A DNA stretch of 64,000 bases from Spirochaetota bacterium (GTDB lineage: Bacteria; Spirochaetota; UBA4802; UBA5550): positions 1,152,001 through 1,216,000 of the forward strand of contig CAXXHB010000003.1 of assembly GCA_963664815.2 (NCBI GenBank), written 5' to 3'. Position numbers and translations under genes: made by a program. Of this stretch, positions 48,504-58,782 are shown piece after piece; position 1 is the first letter of the stretch, and every line of letters starts with the position of its first letter. Under the pieces are notes generated by a model. The model made no database searches. It had not been told where the DNA came from and saw nothing but the letters and a program-made list of their open reading frames with translations.

Positions 48504-49894
48504 ATCAGAAATTATTTTTAATACTGAATATTTTTATTATTCTGATAATGTTTGAATTTCAGGCATTTTCTTCTGAGCCTGAAAGCATATCAGTAGACAA
48601 AGCGGTAAGCATTGCCCTCGCCAATAATCATGATTATAAAATAGCTGATCTCAGACTTAAAGAGGCTGGTGAAAGAATAAATACAGTTTGGGGGGAACTT
48701 TTTCCTGTTCTTGAATCTGAAGCTTCATTGATCCGTCAGGATGCCGAGAAGGGTTTTATGAGCCTTTCAGACGGGCAGATAGACGTTAAATTTATTCAGA
48801 TGAAATTTGGAATTAATCCTGGTTTTTTTTATAATTCGTTACAGTTGTCAAGAAAATCATATATTACTTCCAGTGAGGAAGTGAAAAGAATCAGAAACGA
48901 AACGGAACTGCAGGTAATTAAAAGTTATTTTTCACTTATTGTGGCTGAGGAGATGATTACTCTTAGGAAGGATTCAATAGATCTTCTTAAATTAAATCTG
49001 AAAGATGTTCAGAACATGTATTCAACAGGGAGCATACCAAAATATGATCTGCTCCAGGCAAAAGTTCAACTTAACAGCCAGCAACCTCTTCTTCTGGAAG
49101 CTGAGAATAATTATAGAACTTCGCTGGATTTTTTCAACTATACGCTGGGAAGCACAGGTTTATACAAAGCTGATCTTGACATACTTGAGAAAAATATACA
49201 GAAGATTAATCAGGAAGAAGCAGAACGAAAAATTGATATACTCATATCAGCCGCATTGAAAAACCGTCCGGAGCTGGTGCAGATAAAACAAAAAATGGAA
49301 GCTTCCGGATACAAAAGCAGTATGTATGATTCGTACTACATCTGGCCAACTTTTTCAGTTGGAGGGTACTATGGTATGACAAAAAATGACCCCAACAGTT
49401 TTAATCCGGGATTTCCTGCAACTTTTACGCCGGATTTTTCACAACTTACCGGTGATGACAAATGGCAAAATACATGGCAGGTAAAGGTCGCAGCAACATA
49501 TAGGTGGGGATCATTGTTCCGTCTGGATTCAAACGGTTCTCATTCAAGAGAAGAGGAGCTTACAGCGAAAGAAAGTGAACAAGAGCTTATGAAACTGAAA
49601 AAACTTATAACGATAAATATTAATTCCGGTTATTCAAAGCTTCTTACCTCGTATCTTACTATTTTATCACAGAAGGATAATGTTGATACTGCAGGTGAAG
49701 GTGTTAGAATTGCAAGGGAGAGTTTCAGGGAGGGAGTAATAAAAAATTCGGAGCTTCTTACTTCTGAACTGGCGTTAACTTCAGCACGGACCGGGTATAT
49801 TAATGCCATTAATTCATATTTCACAGCACTGGCTGAGCTTAAGAAAGAAACCGGTCTTGTTGACGATTCTATAATATTTGAAAAGGTTAAATGA
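48500..49894 (+). CDS. TolC family outer membrane efflux protein
   Basis: Signal peptide, ALANN, two repeats (Y.TG.IPKYDLLQA / F.EGVI..SELL), ALKNRPEL. Confidence 0.92.
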   Translation: MNQKLFLILNIFIILIMFEFQAFSSEPESISVDKAVSIALANNHDYKIADLRLKEAGERINTVWGELFPVLESEASLIRQDAEKGFMSLSDGQIDVKFIQMKFGINPGFFYNSLQLSRKSYITSSEEVKRIRNETELQVIKSYFSLIVAEEMITLRKDSIDLLKLNLKDVQNMYSTGSIPKYDLLQAKVQLNSQQPLLLEAENNYRTSLDFFNYTLGSTGLYKADLDILEKNIQKINQEEAERKIDILISAALKNRPELVQIKQKMEASGYKSSMYDSYYIWPTFSVGGYYGMTKNDPNSFNPGFPATFTPDFSQLTGDDKWQNTWQVKVAATYRWGSLFRLDSNGSHSREEELTAKESEQELMKLKKLITININSGYSKLLTSYLTILSQKDNVDTAGEGVRIARESFREGVIKNSELLTSELALTSARTGYINAINSYFTALAELKKETGLVDDSIIFEKVK

Positions 49895-50697
49895 TGAAAA
49901 AGAAAAAAATACCTCTGATAATATTTTCAGGAGTACTGATCGTTTTAACATTGTATTTTGAGTTCTTTAGAGACAAGGGGAAAATTTCCGGCATAATATC
50001 TGGTTCAGGCACAATCGAAGTGACAGAAATTGAAATAAGTTCAAGGATCTCCGGAAGGGTAGCCGAACTTCCCAAGCCTGAAGGATCTGATATCCGGCGG
50101 GGCGATCTTGCTGCAAGACTTGAGTATGAAGAGCTCTCGGCACAGCGTCTTTCTGCAAAAGCTAATTTTGTGAATGCAGAGAAAAACTATAATCGGGTCC
50201 GTGATCTTTATAAAACCGGTTCAATTTCACGCAAAGATCTTGATAACGCGGAGGCGGCATTCCGGATTGCAAAGGCCGGATACGATCAGGTCAGCGCAAC
50301 GATTGAAAACGCGGTACTGTATTCACCAATTGACGGGACTGTTCTTGATACAAATATTGAAGTAGGTGAAACTGCTTTTCCGGGGACACCTATTCTGACA
50401 ATTGCGGATATTACAAAGCCATGGATGTATATTTACATTAATGAAATTGAATTAGGTCGTGTCAAGATAGGGCAGGGAGTAAAAGTTTTTATAGATTCAT
50501 ATCCAGGTAAAGCATTCCCCGGAAAGGTTGTATCAATATCAAACAAGGCGGAATTTACCCCAAAGACGATTCAAACAAAAGATGAAAGAGTAAAACTTGT
50601 TTTTGCTGTTAAAGTAATGATAGAAAACAGTGACATGATTCTTAAACCGGGAATGCCTGCTGATGCCGAAATCATTATTTCAGGAAATGCAAAGTGA
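49891..50697 (+). CDS. HlyD/YbhG-like periplasmic adaptor
   Basis: SGTIE, SPIDGTV, AEFTPKTIQT..ERVKLVF, LKPGMPAD. Confidence 0.94.
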   Translation: MMKKKKIPLIIFSGVLIVLTLYFEFFRDKGKISGIISGSGTIEVTEIEISSRISGRVAELPKPEGSDIRRGDLAARLEYEELSAQRLSAKANFVNAEKNYNRVRDLYKTGSISRKDLDNAEAAFRIAKAGYDQVSATIENAVLYSPIDGTVLDTNIEVGETAFPGTPILTIADITKPWMYIYINEIELGRVKIGQGVKVFIDSYPGKAFPGKVVSISNKAEFTPKTIQTKDERVKLVFAVKVMIENSDMILKPGMPADAEIIISGNAK

Positions 50698-51608
50698 TCA
50701 AGGTTAAAAACCTGACAAAAAAATTCGGAGATATAAACGCGGTTGATAATCTCAGTTTTGATATTATGAAGGGTGAGATTTTTGGTATAGTTGGTCCTGA
50801 CGGTGCCGGAAAGAGTACTCTGCTGCGGATGATGTCGGGCATATTACTTCCGGAAAGCGGAACGGTTGAGATCAATGGTATGAATATGCAGGACAATTTG
50901 TTCCGCATAAAAGAGAGCCTTGCCTATATGCCGCAGAGATTCGGATTATATGAAGACCTTACTGTGGAGGAGAATATTATTTTTTTCGGCAGGCTTTTTG
51001 GAGTATCACGTCGTGATATCAGTAAAAGAATACCTGCTCTATATGAGTTCAGCAGGCTTGAACCTTTTAAAATGCGGCTTGCCGGAAAACTTTCCGGTGG
51101 AATGAAACAGAAGCTTGGTCTTGCATGCTCGCTTGTCCACAGCCCGGGCATTATACTGCTTGATGAACCGACGAATGGAGTTGATCCGGTTTCACGAAGA
51201 GAATTCTGGAAAATACTATATACTCTGCTTGGTGATGGTGTAACAATTGTTGTAAGTACCGCCTATCTTGACGAAGCCGAACGGTGCAATCGTGTGGCGA
51301 TGATGAACAGAGGTAAGTTTATGCGTAACAGCACCCCGGCAGAGATAAAAAGATCGATTGGCGGGATGATTCTTGAAATAATAACTGATAATGTCTGGCG
51401 TGCGGAGGAGATAATGATAAATAAGGGCTTGTACGGGAATGTTATCAGGGAGGGGAATTCACTTAAAGTATTCGTTTCATCCGGATTCGGTGATTTTGAA
51501 AAGATAAAATACCTTCTTGAACATGAGAAGCTTAGAGTATTATCGTTACGTAAAATGATTCCTACGCTTGAGAATTGTTTTATGGAGATCGTGAAAGATA
51601 ATGGCTGA
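50694..51608 (+). CDS. ABC transporter ATP-binding protein (YbhF N-terminal half-like)
   Basis: GPDGAGKST, LSGGMKQK, LLDEPTNGVDP, STAYLDEAE (His switch replaced by Ala). Confidence 0.95.
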   Translation: MIKVKNLTKKFGDINAVDNLSFDIMKGEIFGIVGPDGAGKSTLLRMMSGILLPESGTVEINGMNMQDNLFRIKESLAYMPQRFGLYEDLTVEENIIFFGRLFGVSRRDISKRIPALYEFSRLEPFKMRLAGKLSGGMKQKLGLACSLVHSPGIILLDEPTNGVDPVSRREFWKILYTLLGDGVTIVVSTAYLDEAERCNRVAMMNRGKFMRNSTPAEIKRSIGGMILEIITDNVWRAEEIMINKGLYGNVIREGNSLKVFVSSGFGDFEKIKYLLEHEKLRVLSLRKMIPTLENCFMEIVKDNG

Positions 51609-52752
51609 TTTGAAATCGTTTGTAAGGATAGGTGCAGTAGCAGATAAAGAGTGGCTTCAGATAAGGAGAGATTTACGCAGTCTGATTTTGTCGCTTCTTA
51701 CTCCTGCTCTTCTCATTATTCTTTTCGGTTATGCTCTGACTGTTGATGTCAGGCATGTCAAGCTTCTGGTGTTTGATCAGGATAAAAGTACTGAATCAAC
51801 AAACCTTATCAGTGAGTTTGCCCATACGGAATATATTGATATTACGGGATACTGCGACAATTACCTGAGAATTGATGATGAGATTAATACCGGAAAATCA
51901 TCTCTTGCAATAGTAATTCCGCGAAACTTTGAAAATGATATGAAAACAGGGAGAAAAACAGATATACAGCTTATTGTGGATGGTTCAGATTCAACTTCGG
52001 CGACAGTCTCAACCGGATATATAAAAGCCATAGTAGCTAATTATAATATCAGTACTAAAATAAAAGAATTAAACAGGACTGGGGTGTCATCCATTGAATT
52101 GCCCCTTGATATAAGAAGCAGAATATGGTATAATCCGGAACTTCAAAGCAGAAATTTTATTATCCCGGGACTTATTGTGTTGATACTTGCGATAATATCC
52201 GCCCTTATTGCATCTCTTACCATATCCAGAGAGTGGGAACGGGGAACAATGGAAACTCTCATGACAACACCTCTTCGCCCATGGGAACTTATTGCCGGGA
52301 AGATGCTTCCCTATCTTTTTATCGGTCTGTTTGATGTATTGATGACCGCTTCAGTCGGGCATTTTCTTTTTAAAGTACCAATAAAAGGAAGCTTTGTGGA
52401 GTTTTACCTGCTCTCTCTGCTTTTCCTGACCGGTACTACCGGGTTAGGGATACTTATCTCCACAGCGACCAAAGTACAGGTACTGTCTGTTCAGGTTGCA
52501 ATGGTTGTGACATATCTGCCGACATTTATTCTTTCAGGCTTTATATTTCCGATACAGAATATGCCTGTTCTGCTTCAGGGGCTGACATACCTTATACCGG
52601 CAAAATATTTAATTATAATCGTGAAAGGTATAGCGCTTAAGGGGGTAGGTTTGACAATACTCTGGGTACAGATTGTATTTCTTTCTGGATTTACAACGCT
52701 GGTTTTGTTGATCTGTTCAAAAAAACTTAAGCTTCAGCTTGCTGATAGTTGA
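51601..52752 (+). CDS. ABC-2 type permease (YbhS-like)
   Basis: KEWLQIRRD, FGYA, WYNPEL.SRNF, REWERGTME. Confidence 0.94.
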   Translation: MADLKSFVRIGAVADKEWLQIRRDLRSLILSLLTPALLIILFGYALTVDVRHVKLLVFDQDKSTESTNLISEFAHTEYIDITGYCDNYLRIDDEINTGKSSLAIVIPRNFENDMKTGRKTDIQLIVDGSDSTSATVSTGYIKAIVANYNISTKIKELNRTGVSSIELPLDIRSRIWYNPELQSRNFIIPGLIVLILAIISALIASLTISREWERGTMETLMTTPLRPWELIAGKMLPYLFIGLFDVLMTASVGHFLFKVPIKGSFVEFYLLSLLFLTGTTGLGILISTATKVQVLSVQVAMVVTYLPTFILSGFIFPIQNMPVLLQGLTYLIPAKYLIIIVKGIALKGVGLTILWVQIVFLSGFTTLVLLICSKKLKLQLADS

Positions 52753-52759
52753 GGAGAAG

Positions 52760-53923
52760 ATGAAAAATAATATTTTACGCCCTGCAATATTAAAATGTCT
52801 GATAAAAAAGGAATTTAAACAGTTATTGCGTGATAAGAGAATGAAGATGATGATTTTCGGGGCGCCGGTGCTTATGCTTATAATGTTTGGATATGCAGTC
52901 AATACTGACATTTCCGAAATTAAAATGGTAATTCTGGATAACGATAAATCCGGAGTGAGCAGGGAACTGGTGAGAAAGTTTACATCGAGTGGTTATTTTA
53001 TACATTGTGCATCTGTTGAATCATCAAAAGCAGCAGTACAATTTCTTGATAAAGGCGAAGCAGATCTTTTCATGCATATTCCGCCTGATTTTAAGGAGAA
53101 AATTTTATCCGGTAAAAAGACCGAAATGCAGATAATACTTGATGGAACAGATTCCAGCAGGGCATCAATTATTATGGCTTATATAAACCAGATATCTTCA
53201 GATTTTTCAGATGAATATCTTTCCAGGAAAATAAGGATGATGTTATTAGTAAGGAATAATGCCGGAGTAAGGTTAATGAAACCTGTATTTCTACGAGAGA
53301 GGGTGCTGTTTAATCCTGATCTTACAAGCAGAAATTTTTATCTCCCCGGTGTTCTCGGGCTTCTTGTTGCTCTGATTACAATAATGCTTACATCAATGTC
53401 TGTTGTAAAGGAGAGGGAGAGTGGTACGATGGAACAGATAATTGTATCTCCTCTTCGTCCCGCAGAGTTTGTTGCCGGCAAAACTCTACCTTTTGCAATA
53501 ATCGGTCTTGTGGAGATATGTATTATCACATTGATAACTATCACTTGGTTTAAAGTCCCGTTTAACGGAAATTTTATTTTTTTAATAATCTCCAGTCTGT
53601 TTTATATAATGTGTACATTATCGGTAGGACTTTTTATTTCAACAATTTCACAGACACAGCAGCAGGCTATGCTTTCAACTTTTCTTTTCTTTATCCCTGC
53701 AATTCTGCTGTCAGGATTCGTATTCCCTGTTTATGCCATGCCGGAAATTTTTCAGTACATTACAATTTTAAATCCCATGCGTTATTTTATGACCATAATA
53801 CGCGGAATATTTCTTAAAGGAGTCGGATTATCTGTTTTATGGACAGAACTTGCTGCTCTTACCGCTCTTGGTTCAATATTGATTTATCTCAGCATAAGAA
53901 GATTCAACAGGAGATTTGAATAA
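52760..53923 (+). CDS. ABC-2 type permease (YbhR-like)
   Basis: KEFKQLLRD, FNPDL.SRNF, KERESGTMEQ; GAGGAG RBS before ATG 52760. Confidence 0.94.
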   Translation: MKNNILRPAILKCLIKKEFKQLLRDKRMKMMIFGAPVLMLIMFGYAVNTDISEIKMVILDNDKSGVSRELVRKFTSSGYFIHCASVESSKAAVQFLDKGEADLFMHIPPDFKEKILSGKKTEMQIILDGTDSSRASIIMAYINQISSDFSDEYLSRKIRMMLLVRNNAGVRLMKPVFLRERVLFNPDLTSRNFYLPGVLGLLVALITIMLTSMSVVKERESGTMEQIIVSPLRPAEFVAGKTLPFAIIGLVEICIITLITITWFKVPFNGNFIFLIISSLFYIMCTLSVGLFISTISQTQQQAMLSTFLFFIPAILLSGFVFPVYAMPEIFQYITILNPMRYFMTIIRGIFLKGVGLSVLWTELAALTALGSILIYLSIRRFNRRFE

Positions 53924-54849
53924 TGAAACTATCTGTTGAGGTGACGAATCTTACTAAACGGTTTGGTGATTTTACCGCTGTTGATAATGTCAGTTTTACT
54001 GTCAATAGAGGTGAGATATTCGGTTTTCTCGGTCCTAACGGAGCAGGGAAAAGCACAACGATCAAAATGCTCTGCGGAATCCTTTCTCCGACAGGTGGAT
54101 CCGGAATGGTTTCAGGATACGATATCGTATCCGAACAGACTTTGATAAAAAACAATATTGGGTACATGTCTCAGAAATTTTCTCTTTATCATGAATTAAC
54201 AGTCAGAGAAAATCTTGAGTTTTTCGGAAGTATATATGGACTTTCGTGGAAAATACTTATGGATCGCATTGAATATGTCAGAGAAATGGCTGGAATCGGG
54301 AACAGAATGGATTCAAAAGTTGACATTCTTCCAGGTGGAATTAAACAGAGGCTGGCACTGGGCGCAGCAATACTTCATGATCCGCCGGTACTGTTTCTTG
54401 ATGAACCGACATCCGGAGTTGATCCAGTAATGCGGAGGAATTTCTGGGAACTTATTTATGATTTTTCTCGTAAGGGTAAAACTATTTTTGTTACAACGCA
54501 TTACATGGATGAGGCAGAGCACTGCAATCGTATGGCGCTTGTTATTGCCGGAAGGATCATAGCGCTTGATACACCTGATAATCTTAAACAGGCACTTCCA
54601 TATAACGTCTATGCACTGCAGGTGGATAATTTTATAAATGTTTTTGATAAAATAACAAAGCTTGATTTCATTGAAGAGGCTGCAATATTCGGAAGCGATA
54701 TTCATATTCTCTGTAAAAAAAAATATAAATTAAAAAATGAACTTGGTAAAGCACTCAAACTAAACGGGATAACAGATTACAGACTGTATCAGATTCATGC
54801 CACGCTTGAAGATGTTTTTGTGACACATGCAAGAAGAATGGGAGTATGA
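53923..54849 (+). CDS. ABC transporter ATP-binding protein (YbhF C-terminal half-like)
   Basis: GPNGAGKST, LPGGIKQR, FLDEPTSGVDP, TTHYMDEAE. Confidence 0.95.
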   Translation: MKLSVEVTNLTKRFGDFTAVDNVSFTVNRGEIFGFLGPNGAGKSTTIKMLCGILSPTGGSGMVSGYDIVSEQTLIKNNIGYMSQKFSLYHELTVRENLEFFGSIYGLSWKILMDRIEYVREMAGIGNRMDSKVDILPGGIKQRLALGAAILHDPPVLFLDEPTSGVDPVMRRNFWELIYDFSRKGKTIFVTTHYMDEAEHCNRMALVIAGRIIALDTPDNLKQALPYNVYALQVDNFINVFDKITKLDFIEEAAIFGSDIHILCKKKYKLKNELGKALKLNGITDYRLYQIHATLEDVFVTHARRMGV

Positions 54850-55180
54850 TTAACGTTAAGAGCGGATACTGATGGTTAAATACAGGCTGTTTACTTGTTT
54901 TCGGTTTACATGATGAATCGGGAAAAATAATAACCTCCAGGACGAGCCATATGTTGTGATTTTATCCGCTACACGATGATTGGTATGAATATGTGACTCC
55001 TGAAGTAATATTTTATAAAAATAAAAATGAATTTTAATTGTCAAATAGTATATGTAAAATAATAAGATTACTAAAATGTAATTAATCTTCATGTTTAATA
55101 AAATATCAGAAGCATTGAAAAAGTTAATCTAAAGATATTTATTTGAGAATAATTGTGAAAATGTTGCAGGGAGAGGGAAT

Positions 55181-55543
55181 ATGTCGTACCATCTGTTGAA
55201 TGTTGAAAATTTGGATTACTATTATTGTGATGATCTTGTATGGATTACCGCATTGGATACTGCCCGGAAAAACGGCTGGAAACCTGATGGAACACTATTT
55301 GATTATGTATATGAGACAGATGATATTTGTTTCGATATAGATGATGAAATGTATTATATGTGGATGATGATTCTTTCTAAAATTGAGTTTCACGAGTGGG
55401 ATGGAAGTTATCATGAAAAGAGAAATCAGATTGTGATGTATGAGGATACAATATATTTTGCTGCCTGTCTTGAGGGAACCGGCACAGATGAAAACCTTAT
55501 AGAGTTTATTAAAAAGGGGAGTTTTCGTATCTGTTCAGAATGA
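55181..55543 (+). CDS. Acidic, aromatic-rich hypothetical protein
   Basis: GGAG-like RBS; GWKPDGT, WDGSY, FIKKGSFRI motifs. Confidence 0.78.
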   Translation: MSYHLLNVENLDYYYCDDLVWITALDTARKNGWKPDGTLFDYVYETDDICFDIDDEMYYMWMMILSKIEFHEWDGSYHEKRNQIVMYEDTIYFAACLEGTGTDENLIEFIKKGSFRICSE

Positions 55544-55546
55544 GTG

Positions 55547-55882
55547 TTAATCATGTATGTTTTCCGGAAAGACATCAACAACTTTCCGGATTAGATTTGT
55601 ACACATCTCCCTCAGGCTTGCTGATCTTCTGTATAAAGTATCAAAGTAGCTGTTATCAGGATTTTTTGAATATATGGATAAAAGTTTTGTTTCATATTTA
55701 AAAAGATGGGCTTCAAGGTTTTTTATATGGAAAAGATCCTCATCACCTTCGTCAATTATTACAGCAGTAATTCTGTCCAGCAGATCATTTTCATGCATTA
55801 ATCCTTTAATATCTTCTACCTGGGAAAGAAAATCTCTGCACATGAAGGCTATGGTTTTCTGATAATCTGATCCTTCTTTCAT
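55547..55882 (-). CDS. Hypothetical helical protein
   Basis: ORF from MKEGSDY with an AAGG upstream. Confidence 0.7.
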   Translation of the reverse strand: MKEGSDYQKTIAFMCRDFLSQVEDIKGLMHENDLLDRITAVIIDEGDEDLFHIKNLEAHLFKYETKLLSIYSKNPDNSYFDTLYRRSASLREMCTNLIRKVVDVFPENIHD

Positions 55883-55905
55883 TGTATTGTGCCTTTTAAG
55901 TAAAA

Positions 55906-55932
55906 TAAAATTGCCGCAATTATGCGGCAATA
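55906..55932 (-). terminator. Terminator after the TPR gene
   Basis: ATTGCCGCA-AT-TA-TGCGGCAAT stem followed by TTTTATTTT on the minus strand. Confidence 0.65.
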
Positions 55933-55963
55933 TGGATTTACAGTCAATTATTTGTTAAATGAA

Positions 55964-56827
55964 TTATTTTTTTTGTGAAAGCATATGTTTTTTATATTCT
56001 TTTACAATTTCCTCTGCTTTAACATTTTCACCTTTAAAAACGTAAAGCATACTCAATCTGGTAACATCTTTCAGGTGCATTGATTTTTTCATCATCAAAT
56101 CCTCAAGAACTCTAATAGCTGCATCTACATCGCCAATTTCTTTGATCTTATTTTCGTAAGTAAGACTTTCAAGATATGATCTGAACTTATCGTATTCAGG
56201 GTGCATAGAAACTGCATTTTTGAGATACTTTACTGCATCAGTATATCTCCCCAGATGGTAGCTGCAGAAACCATAATATTTGTTAATGAAGCTTTTATCA
56301 TCAGCTATATCTTTGATGGCATCGAGGCATTCAATTGATTTTAAATATTCTTTTTTCTCATAGTAAATATGTGAAAGCATATAATTGGCTTTAATATGTT
56401 TACTGTCAGTGGCGATAACATTCAGAAGATATTTTTCTGCTTTAATATATTTTCTCAGGTTGTAGAATGAGAGACCGGTATAATAATTTCCTTCATGAAA
56501 ATCCGGTTTTTGTTTTATTGAATCAAGAAAATATGTAAGAGCTGAATCGTAATTTCCATTATTATAGTATTCAACACCGAGGTTCAGAAGAACTTTGTAG
56601 TTTTTATCGATATTGAGTGCCTTATTATAGGTGGTTATGGCTAGTTCACTTTTACCCATAATTGAGTAAATTTCGCCCATGTTGTTGTATGCTTCGATAA
56701 AATAGGGATACATCTTTATTGCTCTCTGGTATTCAGAAATAGCTGTCGGCAGATCTCCTCTATGTGTCTTTTCGAGTGCATTGTTGTAAATTGTAATTGC
56801 TTCAGCAGGCATTGCGTTTGTATTCAT
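55964..56827 (-). CDS. Tetratricopeptide repeat protein
   Basis: Repeated A...Y..A....P....AY.N.G TPR pattern. Confidence 0.92.
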   Translation of the reverse strand: MNTNAMPAEAITIYNNALEKTHRGDLPTAISEYQRAIKMYPYFIEAYNNMGEIYSIMGKSELAITTYNKALNIDKNYKVLLNLGVEYYNNGNYDSALTYFLDSIKQKPDFHEGNYYTGLSFYNLRKYIKAEKYLLNVIATDSKHIKANYMLSHIYYEKKEYLKSIECLDAIKDIADDKSFINKYYGFCSYHLGRYTDAVKYLKNAVSMHPEYDKFRSYLESLTYENKIKEIGDVDAAIRVLEDLMMKKSMHLKDVTRLSMLYVFKGENVKAEEIVKEYKKHMLSQKK

Positions 56828-56968
56828 AATTGTGTAACCTCTTCAAGAGAAATAATCAGTTTCCGGGTATCTGGTAAAATTATCGGTATTTGAATTTTTT
56901 TATAAAGATAAAATAATGAATGTTTTTCATCTTTTTTTCAGCTATTATACCACAATAGTACAAATGGC

Positions 56969-56996
56969 TTGACATTCGAAAAAGTATTGGTATTTT
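56969..56996 (+). promoter_or_regulatory. Sigma-70-like promoter of the cyclase operon
   Basis: TTGACA-16 nt-TATTTT with extended TG. Confidence 0.5.
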
Positions 56997-57090
56997 ATAT
57001 TCAAAATATCTCTCTTTAGATAAATCTGAGTTATTTCTTTTATATCAGATATCATCTTCAAGTATAATAAAACTGCGGGGTAAAAGAAAA

Positions 57091-58782
57091 ATGTTTGGCA
57101 GGAAAGTAAATAATACAAGGGTAGTTAGAGTAACAACAAAGATTGTCCTTACTTTTACCCTTTTTATTCTTTTATCAAATCTCGCTTCTAATTATGTAAA
57201 TCTTCTTTTCAACCGCTCAGAACTTCTTCAGTTGATGAACCAGTTATTGATTAAGGATCTTAAAACTATGTATTCCTACTGTAATAATCAGTATGAGATA
57301 TATGTATTTGATCAGAAATTTGAAGAGTCAATGAAAAGCATAGAGAATAAGGGTCTGAATGAGATTAAAAACAAGAAAGCGGTTGTTCTTGGAATAAAAA
57401 AAGATGGAAAACTGCAGTTTCAGGCATCAAGAGTCCAGAGATATGAGAAATTCGGTGATCAGGCTGCAGTTAAGTTCATGGAATCAAATATTAAAAGTCA
57501 GGATGGAGAGGGTAGTGAAGGACATCTGAATTTTATGTTTAATAATGAGCAATATTTCGGAATGTTTAAATATAACCAGAAATGGGATATGTTTATTCTT
57601 CGTGGGGAAGAAAAGAACGAATTTTTCAGGGAATCAAGAGTTATATTTGTACAGATAAGCGCGATAATTGTTTTCATAACTCTTTTATCGGCATTGCTTG
57701 GAATATTCGTACTGAGAAGGATTCTCAGGTTTATTGATGTTATAACAAATTCAATTATGAATATGATTGAGACAAAGGAACTGACTCTTATTGATCTGAA
57801 AGGGGCGGTTAATGATGATATAACTTACATGGGCACGGCTTTTAACTCACTCTCAAATACTGTTGGAAATCTGGTTCATATTTTTGAAAAATTTGCAAAT
57901 CAGGATATAGTATCAAAAGCATATCAGGACAGAGAGGTTAAGCTTGAGGGAACAAGACGTGAATTGACGATACTGTTTTCAGATATAAAGAGTTTCACTT
58001 TTATCACAGAAGTTCTTGGAAATGATATTATCAAGCTTCTTAATATGCATTATGACAGGGCAATCAGGGAGATTATCAGATATGACGGAGTAATTGGATC
58101 GATTATCGGTGATGCTCTTCTTGCCGTTTATGGTGCTCTGGATGATTCTGAAGGCAATAAATCATATCAGGCAGTATTATCTGGATACAAACTTCACGAA
58201 GTAACAGAACTTCTCAGACTCAGAATGGAAAAAATTAAGAATGAACTTGAAGAGGAAAAAGGGAAACTCAATAAAGATGAGCTTCAGATATATAAAGCCG
58301 TACTCCTTGACATCGGAGTTGGAATAGACGGTGGGAGTGTTTTTTACGGAACTCTTGGTTCTTATGTGCGTATGACAAATACTGTAATTGGTGATAATGT
58401 CAATGCTGCTTCCAGAATGGAGGGACTTACAAGAATTTATAAAGTGCCTGTAATCTGCTCGGAATATGTAAAGAATGATATTGAATCAAATGTGGCGGAT
58501 CACGGAATATATTTTCTTGAGTTAGACCGTGTCATGGTTAAAGGTAAAACTAAAACACAGCAGGTATACTGGCCTATTCTTGAAACTGAAATGGATGAAA
58601 AATTGAAAAAGGATATTGCAGTTTTTGAATTGGCTCTTGAGCTTTATTATAAAGGAAAATGGGCTGATGCCCGAAAACAGTTTAGTAAATGCAGCCTGAG
58701 GCTTGCAGATATATTCAAAGAAAGGACTCAAGAAAAATGTCCGAGTAACTGGAACGGTGTATGGCAAATGACAACGAAGTAA
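57091..58782 (+). CDS. Membrane class III adenylate/guanylate cyclase-family protein (2 TM, sensor and HAMP-like region)
   Basis: LFSDIKSFT, IIGDA, GVGI..G, TVIGDNVNAASRMEG, VKGK; C-terminal W.GVW. Confidence 0.92.
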   Translation: MFGRKVNNTRVVRVTTKIVLTFTLFILLSNLASNYVNLLFNRSELLQLMNQLLIKDLKTMYSYCNNQYEIYVFDQKFEESMKSIENKGLNEIKNKKAVVLGIKKDGKLQFQASRVQRYEKFGDQAAVKFMESNIKSQDGEGSEGHLNFMFNNEQYFGMFKYNQKWDMFILRGEEKNEFFRESRVIFVQISAIIVFITLLSALLGIFVLRRILRFIDVITNSIMNMIETKELTLIDLKGAVNDDITYMGTAFNSLSNTVGNLVHIFEKFANQDIVSKAYQDREVKLEGTRRELTILFSDIKSFTFITEVLGNDIIKLLNMHYDRAIREIIRYDGVIGSIIGDALLAVYGALDDSEGNKSYQAVLSGYKLHEVTELLRLRMEKIKNELEEEKGKLNKDELQIYKAVLLDIGVGIDGGSVFYGTLGSYVRMTNTVIGDNVNAASRMEGLTRIYKVPVICSEYVKNDIESNVADHGIYFLELDRVMVKGKTKTQQVYWPILETEMDEKLKKDIAVFELALELYYKGKWADARKQFSKCSLRLADIFKERTQEKCPSNWNGVWQMTTK

